The notes below the pieces were generated by a model that worked only from the letters and a program-made list of their open reading frames with translations, ran no database searches and was not told where the DNA came from. Positions 47,608-55,600 of a DNA stretch of 57,661 nucleotides are shown here, in pieces (position 1 is the stretch's first letter; every line of letters begins with the position of its first letter). Source of the DNA: Candidatus Amesbacteria bacterium (GTDB lineage: Bacteria; Patescibacteriota; Microgenomatia; CAZETR01; Amesbacteraceae); the NCBI GenBank assembly GCA_963736875.1, contig CAVTQH010000004.1:253899-311559 (forward strand), in the 5' to 3' direction. The translations under genes and the position numbers were made by a program.

Positions 47608-48641
47608 CTGTCCCTAAAATCGTTACCTTCGGTGGCGGTACCGGTTCGCCTGCCGTCCTCAAAGCCCTGGTTCTTTCCGGTTTCTCTGATATTCAGGCTG
47701 TATGCGCTTCAACCGACTCCGGAGGCCGGACCGGGATTATCCGCTCCGATGAACGCGACCAGGTCATAGCCATCTCCGACCTTTTACGAAACCTGCTGGC
47801 TCTGATTTCCGACCGGCAGAATCATCAGAAACAGGTGGCAGCCTTTACCGATATGGCCGGTTTTGTGGACGGCCGCAGCCGCAACCTCGGCTATACCCTC
47901 TACTACGCCCTGCTGGAAAAATACTCCGGTGATTTTCTCAAAGTCCAGGACCACCTGGAAAAGCTTCTTTCCATAAAATTTCACGGTACCGCCATTCCCA
48001 TCACTCTCAAATCAGCCAATATCTGCTTCTCCACCTCCAACGGCCAGAAGTTTTACGGCGAACACGAGCTTGACCGTCAGACTCTTTCCACCAACACTAT
48101 CACCCGGATCTGGCTTGACCGCCGGGTCACCGCCACCCCCCAGTCTATAAAAAGTATTGCCGGAGCTTCTCATATCATCTACAGTCCGGGAAGTCTCTAC
48201 GGTTCGGTTCTGGTCAATTTCCTTCCCCAAGGTGTTTCCACTGCCCTCAAAGCTTCAAAAGCCAAAAAAATTCTCATCACCAATCTGGTTTCCAACCGCA
48301 ATCAGACACACCGTTTTTCCCCTCTGGATTACTGGAATTTATTCCGCAAATACACCCGGCTTAAAAAACCTTTTGACTATATTATTATCCCAAATCTGAC
48401 TGAAAAGGAATTTGACTTCAAATATCCTCAGGTTGCCGGCACTTATGCCACCGAACACTCCCATTTCCTGGGTTGGTCGGACAAAGAACTCCGGCCGTTG
48501 GATTCACTTGGTATTAAATACATCTCCGCCGATATTTTCTCTATCACCAGTCACCTCAATCGCATCCGTCACGACCCGCAGAAACTGGCACCGGTTCTCA
48601 AAGCCATCATCCGGAATAATAAAATCAAATCTACCTCTTGA
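47604..48641 (+). CDS. YvcK/CofD (UPF0052) family protein
   Basis: IVTFGGGTG, TDSGGRTG, SPGSLYGSVLVN, RHDPQKLA motifs. Confidence 0.88.
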   Translation: MTVPKIVTFGGGTGSPAVLKALVLSGFSDIQAVCASTDSGGRTGIIRSDERDQVIAISDLLRNLLALISDRQNHQKQVAAFTDMAGFVDGRSRNLGYTLYYALLEKYSGDFLKVQDHLEKLLSIKFHGTAIPITLKSANICFSTSNGQKFYGEHELDRQTLSTNTITRIWLDRRVTATPQSIKSIAGASHIIYSPGSLYGSVLVNFLPQGVSTALKASKAKKILITNLVSNRNQTHRFSPLDYWNLFRKYTRLKKPFDYIIIPNLTEKEFDFKYPQVAGTYATEHSHFLGWSDKELRPLDSLGIKYISADIFSITSHLNRIRHDPQKLAPVLKAIIRNNKIKSTS

Positions 48642-48664
48642 CATTCATTTTGTCTTCCGCAAAC

Positions 48665-48684
48665 ATGATTGGGTTCCCAATCAT
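48665..48684. promoter_or_regulatory. Perfect 8-bp inverted repeat, candidate operator
   Basis: ATGATTGG-GTTC-CCAATCAT between TTGACA (48638-48643) and ATG 48687. Confidence 0.5.
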
Positions 48685-48686
48685 AT

Positions 48687-49124
48687 ATGATTACCCGGCC
48701 CCGCAGTTTCATTATTGTTTTATTCCTGGTTTGCCTCGGCCTGGTTCTACTTTACCGCCCGGCTTCCTACAACTCCTTTTCCCCCGCGGCTCCCCCGGCT
48801 ACTCGTTCACCCGCACCGACAGTTTCTGCCACTTTGGTAATTGACTTTGGTAGTCAAAAAAGTACTTCCTCCACCCGGGACTTACCCGCCACCTCCTCCG
48901 CCTTCAGTCTTCTTAGGAAAGTCACTACCCGGCAAAATATTCCTCTTACTTTCAAAGAGTACCCTTTCGGAACCATGGTGGAATCTATTAATGGTTTAAA
49001 AAACAATTCTCAGAAATCTTGGATCTATTTTGTCAACGGCAAATCACCCGATGTCGGTGCCGACAAATACATTATAAATTCCGGTGACCGGATCGAATGG
49101 CGATATATTAAACCAGCTATTTGA
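48687..49124 (+). CDS. DUF4430 (transcobalamin-like C-terminal domain) protein
   Basis: TM segment, YPFGTMVESING, SWIYFVNGKSPDVGADKY, GDRIEWRY. Confidence 0.82.
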   Translation: MITRPRSFIIVLFLVCLGLVLLYRPASYNSFSPAAPPATRSPAPTVSATLVIDFGSQKSTSSTRDLPATSSAFSLLRKVTTRQNIPLTFKEYPFGTMVESINGLKNNSQKSWIYFVNGKSPDVGADKYIINSGDRIEWRYIKPAI

Positions 49125-49125
49125 T

Positions 49126-49680
49126 ATGCATATATACATATATATACTGTTTATTTTAGCCTTTTTTGAACGCACTGTTTTGGACCTGGGTCCGAATGTC
49201 GAGCTGGTCACTCTGGCTATGCTGGCCGGAAGCATTTACCTTTCCCGGTCGAAAACTTTCAAACTGACTTTTTTACTCATGGCAGCCACCGACCTGGTTA
49301 TCGGTAACACCTCCATCTTTATTTTTACCTGGACCGGCTTTCTGCTACCGATATTTTTAATTTCTCTTTTAAGAATCAGAAACTCTAAACTCGAGGTTTT
49401 TAAAGCTACCGGCCTAGGCGTCATCTCGAATCTCTTCTTCTTCGTCTGGACCAACTTCGGCGTCTGGCTATTGGATACCTGGGGAATGTATCCTCATAAT
49501 TTGCCCGGCCTTATTCACTGCTATGTCAATGCTCTTCCTTTCCTGCGTCTGCAGCTTGCATCTACCCTCCTCTTTGTCCCTGTCGGTTTCTACTTGCTGT
49601 CCAGGTATTCTCTGGCCCGCTCCACTGCCGCATCCAGCTTGGCATCCTCCACCGGTAAACATACCAGTCTGACAATTTGA
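49126..49680 (+). CDS. ECF S-component-like membrane protein (DUF6580-like)
   Basis: PNVELVTLAMLAG, SNLFFFVWTNFGVW, CYVNALPFLR; multiple TM helices. Confidence 0.72.
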   Translation: MHIYIYILFILAFFERTVLDLGPNVELVTLAMLAGSIYLSRSKTFKLTFLLMAATDLVIGNTSIFIFTWTGFLLPIFLISLLRIRNSKLEVFKATGLGVISNLFFFVWTNFGVWLLDTWGMYPHNLPGLIHCYVNALPFLRLQLASTLLFVPVGFYLLSRYSLARSTAASSLASSTGKHTSLTI

Positions 49681-49937
49681 CTTCGAAACCGCAGAATCCG
49701 GTATATTCTCTCCTTATCCAAAGTCTCTCCTTGCCCGAACAAATTATTCAGTTCATCAAATAAAGCATCATATACCGCTACCGCCGCACTCAGACTGGGG
49801 GCGGAATGCACTTTTCCGGCCTGACCCAAAGCTTCCGCGCCCACCTCTGTTTTAAACACATTTTTATACATACCTATCCAGTATACCCGAAATTGTACAT
49901 TGATTATCGGGAAACTTTAAACTATAATGCTTGACAC

Positions 49938-49956
49938 GAGTCGCAAGACTCTTTTT
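49938..49956 (+). terminator. Short GNRA hairpin with U-tract
   Basis: GAGTC-GCAA-GACTC-TTTTT upstream of secE. Confidence 0.45.
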
Positions 49957-49983
49957 GTTTGGTATAAATGCTAAACTAATGAC

Positions 49984-50166
49984 ATGAACGTTATCACCTA
50001 TCTCAAAGAGACGGTTTCTGAGCTTAAGCTGGTCCGCTGGCCCACCCGTCAGGAAACTATCAATTTGACGCTGATCGTCATCGCCATTTCCGTCTTTGTG
50101 GGAGCCTATGTCGGCGGTCTCGATTTTGTTTTTACCAATATTCTTAAACTCGTATCATCCAAATAA
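49984..50166 (+). CDS. secE: Preprotein translocase subunit SecE
   Basis: YLKETVSELKLVRWPTRQET plus one TM; precedes nusG. Confidence 0.95.
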   Translation: MNVITYLKETVSELKLVRWPTRQETINLTLIVIAISVFVGAYVGGLDFVFTNILKLVSSK

Positions 50167-50167
50167 T

Positions 50168-50803
50168 ATGCCCGATACTACAACCCCATCCCCCGCCCCC
50201 GAATCCATTACCGAGCGCGGTTTGGGATCCAAAGTCATCCCGGGTCACATGATCATCAGCACCAATGATGAACTGTCGGCCAAAGCTCACTGGTACGTAG
50301 TCCACACCTATAGCGGCCATGAAGCCCGCGTGGCAGAAACCCTGCGCCAGAGAGTGGCTACCCTCGGTCAAACCGACAAAGTTTTCGAGGTATTGATCCC
50401 CACCCAGGACAAAATCCAAATCCGTCACGGCAAAAAATCCTCGGTCAAGGAAAAAATCTTCCCCGGTTATCTCCTGGTCAAAATGCTTCTGGATGACGAT
50501 TCCTGGCTGGTGGTTCGGACCACCGCCGGTGTTACCGGATTCGTGGGTGTTGGTTCCAAACCTACCCCCCTCTCAACTCCGGAAGTGGAAGCAATTATGC
50601 AGTTTGCCCAGATCGGAGCCCCCAAATACAAAGCCAACTTCAGTGTCGGAGAAGCGGTAAAAATTACCGACGGTCCGTTTGCCGACTTTTTGGGTTCAAT
50701 CGAAAGTATTGATGAAGATGCCGGCAAGCTCAGGGTTCTTGTCTCCATTTTCGGCCGCGAAACCCCCGTGGAACTCGATTTTTTACAGGTTAAAAAGATA
50801 TAA
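50168..50803 (+). CDS. nusG: Transcription factor NusG
   Basis: WYVVHTYSGHE, FPGYLLVKM, GVTGFVG, KOW domain GEAVKITDGPFADF...IFGRETPVEL. Confidence 0.96.
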   Translation: MPDTTTPSPAPESITERGLGSKVIPGHMIISTNDELSAKAHWYVVHTYSGHEARVAETLRQRVATLGQTDKVFEVLIPTQDKIQIRHGKKSSVKEKIFPGYLLVKMLLDDDSWLVVRTTAGVTGFVGVGSKPTPLSTPEVEAIMQFAQIGAPKYKANFSVGEAVKITDGPFADFLGSIESIDEDAGKLRVLVSIFGRETPVELDFLQVKKI

Positions 50804-50812
50804 TCCCATCCC

Positions 50813-51238
50813 ATGGCTCCCAAAAAAGTTAAAGTCATTCTCAAAATAAATTTACCGGCCGGAGAAGCTACACCCGCTCCTCCTGTCGGACCGGCTCTCG
50901 GCCAGCACGGCGTTCCGATCATGGACTTTGTCAAGCTTTACAATGACAAAACCAAGGACCTGAAAGGTGACATTATTCCGGCCGTTATCACAGTCTACGA
51001 GGACCGGTCATTTACATTTATCACCAAACTCCCTCCGGTTTCCGCTATGATCAAAAAAGTATTAGGTTTGAAAATCGCTTCCCAAAAACCCGGACGGGAA
51101 ACCGCCGGTACCATCACTTCAGATCAGGTCAGGGAAATTGCCGGTAAGAAACTGGGGGATTTAAATTGCACCACTCTGGAAGCCGCTGTTAAAACTGTTG
51201 AAGGCACCGCCCGCTCCATGGGTATTAAAGTCTCCTAG
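50813..51238 (+). CDS. rplK: 50S ribosomal protein L11
   Basis: AGEATPAPPVGPALGQHGV, YEDRSFTF, GTARSMGI. Confidence 0.97.
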   Translation: MAPKKVKVILKINLPAGEATPAPPVGPALGQHGVPIMDFVKLYNDKTKDLKGDIIPAVITVYEDRSFTFITKLPPVSAMIKKVLGLKIASQKPGRETAGTITSDQVREIAGKKLGDLNCTTLEAAVKTVEGTARSMGIKVS

Positions 51239-51319
51239 ATTCTCTTCTCAATCACTTTATAGCCTTCTTGAATCAATTCCCCGGTAGAAATATTTTCTCA
51301 CGCCTAGCCAGTCTGAAGA

Positions 51320-51661
51320 TTAATTCTTCCTAATTTCTCCCCTTCCTGACTCAATTTCTTCCATCCATCCGTTTACTGTTATCTTATCCAACATCCGTTT
51401 CACTTCCGCACGTATATATTGATCCGTCTGAACCAGAAGCACTCCCAAAGCCCTTCTCACTTGAAAATCCTGGGCGCATTTCAATTGCTCCTCTATTCCC
51501 ATACTTTCTTCGTTAAGCTCGGTAAGTTTCTTTAACCAATCCGAATATTCAGGCTTAATCCTGACAGATCCAGACATACTTCTCCATCTCTCCCTAATTT
51601 GCCGGGTTTTCCGGTCTTCATCCCAGCCTTGTGAAAAATTACCTCTTTTCTCCATTTTCAA
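51320..51661 (-). CDS. Hypothetical helical protein
   Basis: 113-aa charged ORF downstream of dprA. Confidence 0.5.
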   Translation of the reverse strand: MKMEKRGNFSQGWDEDRKTRQIRERWRSMSGSVRIKPEYSDWLKKLTELNEESMGIEEQLKCAQDFQVRRALGVLLVQTDQYIRAEVKRMLDKITVNGWMEEIESGRGEIRKN

Positions 51662-51722
51662 AGCTAATTATATACCATAACATTTGCTATACAATCTATA
51701 ACAATATATATATGTATGTTAC

Positions 51723-52403
51723 TTATAGATCTATTTCTGCCTTAACATCAGGATATAAACCCAGTTGTTGTTGCGGCACCCACATTTTCGCCCGGCCCGT
51801 GGCGATTAGCCAATTTGTACCCTCGGATACTTTACTGGTAACCGGACCGGGTACGGCCCAGACAGTCTTCCCTAGCTTTCTTCCCCATTCCGCGGTGATC
51901 AGTGATCCGCTTTTTATTGCTCCCTCAACCACATATATGTCTGAGGCCATGGCGGCCATGATTCTGTCTCTGTGGGGAAACATCCATAAAGTTGATCTCT
52001 CATTTAACCACTCAGAGACCACCGCCCCTCTATGAGCCACAATTTCGTTTACCAGCTCCTTCTCTTCGTTTCCTGCTCCATCCCAATTTATTCCCCATCC
52101 CAGAACCGCAATGGTTTTCCCTCCGTATTTAAGGCATTCCCGGTGTACATGCTGATCAACTCCGTACATCAATCCTGACACGATTATTTTCCCTGATGCG
52201 ACCAGGTTTGCTACCAGTTTTTTTGTAACAATTATTCCGTATTCGGTTATTCTTCTGGTTCCGACTACAGCCACACACGAAGAAAGTTCCTTTTGATCAA
52301 ACTGTCCCAGATAAAATAACCCTACAGGTTTCGAACTTAACTGTTTAAAGCTTATAGTGATGGTTTTTACTTCCCTGTCTATTTGTCCGTTTTTATCAAT
52401 CAT
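51723..52403 (-). CDS. dprA: DNA-processing protein DprA (Rossmann core only)
   Basis: VAVVGTRR, IVSGLMYGVD, VVSEW, FPHRDRIMAAMA, VVEGAIKSGSLITA, AVPG..SEGTNWLI. Confidence 0.9.
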   Translation of the reverse strand: MIDKNGQIDREVKTITISFKQLSSKPVGLFYLGQFDQKELSSCVAVVGTRRITEYGIIVTKKLVANLVASGKIIVSGLMYGVDQHVHRECLKYGGKTIAVLGWGINWDGAGNEEKELVNEIVAHRGAVVSEWLNERSTLWMFPHRDRIMAAMASDIYVVEGAIKSGSLITAEWGRKLGKTVWAVPGPVTSKVSEGTNWLIATGRAKMWVPQQQLGLYPDVKAEIDL

Positions 52404-52557
52404 CAGTATCTTTAACTTACCATAAATACGGCCAATATTTCATGTAGTAACAAAAATACTTTGATTATAAGACCGGTTTCCCTTTCTTAGTTCACAAATC
52501 AAACTCATTCACCCATTGACTTCGCTATGTAACAATATTAATAATATATACATCAGG

Positions 52558-52588
52558 TGTTAAAAACTTGTAAAAACTTGTAAAAACC
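52558..52588. promoter_or_regulatory. 10-bp tandem direct repeats (TAAAAACTTG x2 plus a partial copy), candidate operator
   Basis: TGT at 52558, 52569 and 52579, immediately upstream of the HTH_17 start at 52601. Confidence 0.6.
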
Positions 52589-52600
52589 AGCCTCCTGCCC

Positions 52601-55600
52601 ATGCCCAAAACATTTACCGTCAAGCAAGTAGCCGAAGCTCTCGGAGTATCCACTAACACTGTCTACAAGTACCTCGAAGAAGGAAAAATCCACGCCACCC
52701 GTCTTGAGACTGAAGGACGGTTTCATATCCCCGAATCGGAAATCATCAAACTCACGGGTACTCCCATCCATCCCCCGGCTTTACAAATAACCACCCCGCC
52801 GAGTCTTCCCAATTACCTCCCCCGCCTCCCCTAAGGAAAACCTATAACCGGAACATATCAGCTCTGGCTGTTTTCGTAATTGCGGTACTACTTTCCGTCC
52901 TCTCCCTCTACTCCCGGCAAATCAGTTATCTGGTCCGAAATTCCCTCGGCCAGCTTTCCGGCCTGAATCTGGAAAAAGAAATTTCGTCAGTTTACATAGA
53001 CCAGGATTTAATCCGCTCCGCCCGGGTAATTGGCGGAACCCTGGGAATAATACTTCTTCCGGATAATTCCTTCTCATCTTTCAAAGTTGAGGCCGGAAAG
53101 CTGGAAACGCGTTTTGATGTTACCCGATTCTCCGGACCTGTTACCGTCACTTACCCTTCAAAAGAACAGGTTTCCAAACCTATAGACTCAGATCAGGTTT
53201 CCCCCTTTGTTTTGAAAAACGGACAGCAGACCCTGGGAAAGGTTCTTGATGAAGCAGTATTCATGCTTCAGCTCAGAGACGGACGGATATTGGCCTTAAA
53301 GCTTTTGGATGGTCAAGTCCTGAATAATCAGGTCCGTGGCTACTTCAAAGCCCAAACCTTCAGCACCGGGTACTTTGTTTCAGGAGAAATTGACCCACAG
53401 AGTCAGCAGCTGACCCGTGTTTCTCTCCGGTCCGGAGCTTTGAAAATTCCCGATCCCCGGACCCTGATTACTTACCACGCTCTCAATTACCACTTCCCCG
53501 TTTCCAAACCGGACGGCAAAGTCCTGGGAATCAGTAATTCACCTTTTCCTGAATCAAACATTATTCTGGAAATTCCGGGCTTAAATTGGCCTGTACTTGT
53601 TTTCAACTCTGAATTGGAAACCTGGTCGTTTAAAAACCTGATTGACGAAACACAGCTTCCCCGACTGGTAACCACCTCTGATGTCATCAATTACTTCGAT
53701 CAGCAGATCAGTAAACTCCAAACCGTGTCGGTATCTCAAACCGAACTCACCAGTCTTACCAGTTTTTTGACCGTCACCCCTTCCGGCAACAATTACCAGC
53801 TCTCTCTAAACCTCCAAAATACCATCAATTCCGCCAGTGTCATCAATGGCTCCCTGACATCGGATGATTTGGGTGGTGGCAGTGTTAATTCCTCTCAAAT
53901 TGCCGATCATACAATAACAGACAGTGACATAAAGGGTGATACTATATCAACTGATCAGCTTACTTCCGATCTGACATTTTCCGCCGGTGATTTATTGGAT
54001 CTTTCAGCTATTAATCACTCTGACACCACATCACAGGGACTGCTTCTGCCCAACGTTTCCTCTGCTTCCCCGTCCTTACCCACTTCCGGAGAAGGTTACC
54101 TGGCTTACGACACCTCCGGGGATCAGGTGGTTTATTACGACGGTTCATCCTGGAATCAAATCGGGGGAACTACCACTTTATACACCGGAGTATTGGATAG
54201 CTCCGTAGCCTCATCAGTTTCCGGCCTGGAATTGATTGATACCAACCAGCTGTCTTTAATCCGGGGTTGCAGTGATACCCAGGTGCTTAAATGGGATGAG
54301 GCGGGAAAACTCTGGCAATGTGCGAATGATTCGGGTGTAGGTTCGGGAATATCTGCTATTGAAGAAAATAATTCTTCTGTTGTCACCTCTGCTGTTACGA
54401 TTGATTTTTCCGGTACTGACTTTGATGTAATTAATGCCGGAGGCGGTGAAGGAGATATCGCCATTGACTATACAAATTCCGGTATTACCAGAAATTCCCG
54501 AAACGAAAGCATTTCCGGTGCCTGGACCTTCTCCAGTGATATTTCCTTAAATAACGCCGGTGCTGAAGTAAAAATCCTGGAATCAGGCGGCACCCCCACT
54601 CTTTACGGCATCCTGGACGTCGACGACCTGTCAGGTTCCGATGCTACTTACCTCTTCTCCGGAGCGTCAGGCACGGTCCTCACTTCCGCCAATGCCGCCA
54701 CCGCTCTCTCCGGCTGGGATCAGAACAGCTCTGACGATCTGACGACGAGTAACTACACCGGGACTCTCGACTCCGTCTACGTCAACGTCGGGGAAAGTCC
54801 CACCGCCGGTGACATTTCCGGCTCCTTCACCGCCGGGCTGACCATAGGCGGCGACTCCGTGGCTCTGGGTACCGACACCACCAATAACTATGTCGCCACA
54901 GGCGCCTCCGGTAATGGTGTTTCCTTGTCCGGCGGCGGCAGTGAAGGCGCTACTCTAACAGCTGCTCTGGGAGTCCTGACCGCCAACTGGAACCAGACCG
55001 GTGCCTTTGATATTTCCTTAAATAACGCCGGTTCTGAAATTCAAATTCTGGAATCAGCCGGTGATACTTTCTTCGGTATCCTGGACGTGGGAGATTTGTC
55101 CGGCAGTAGTTCTACCTACCTCTTCTCCGGAGCGTCAGGCACGGTCCTCACTTCCGCCAATGCCGCCACCGCTCTCTCCGGCTGGGATCAGAACAGCTCT
55201 GACGATCTGACGACGAGTAACTACACCGGGACTCTCGACTCCGTCTACGTCAACGTCGGGGAAAGTCCCACCGCCGGTGACATTTCCGGCTCCTTCACCG
55301 CCGGGTTAACCATCGCCGGCGACTCCGTGGCTCTGGGCACCGACACCACCAACAACTACATCGCCGGAGCCACTGTCAACGGCGGACTGACCATGTCCGG
55401 TACCGAAGGCGGGACTCTGGGACTTCTCACTTCCTGCTCCCCCAATGAAATCCTCAAATGGAACGGTTCCGTCTGGGGTTGCAGCGCCGATGCCGACACC
55501 GGCGGCACCAACTACTGGCAGCTGGTCAATTCCGATACCGGCCTGGCCCCGGTCAACGCCGCCGTCTCCGATATCTTTGCCGGCGGGACGGCTACCGGTT

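Noticed and set aside
48600-48690. Cobalamin riboswitch upstream of DUF4430
   Set aside because: The intergenic space is about 45 bp, far too short, and lacks the B12-box.
49590-49871. 93-aa minus-strand ORF overlapping the S-component gene end
   Set aside because: 91-bp convergent overlap and no recognisable motif; it may be real, but I cannot support it.
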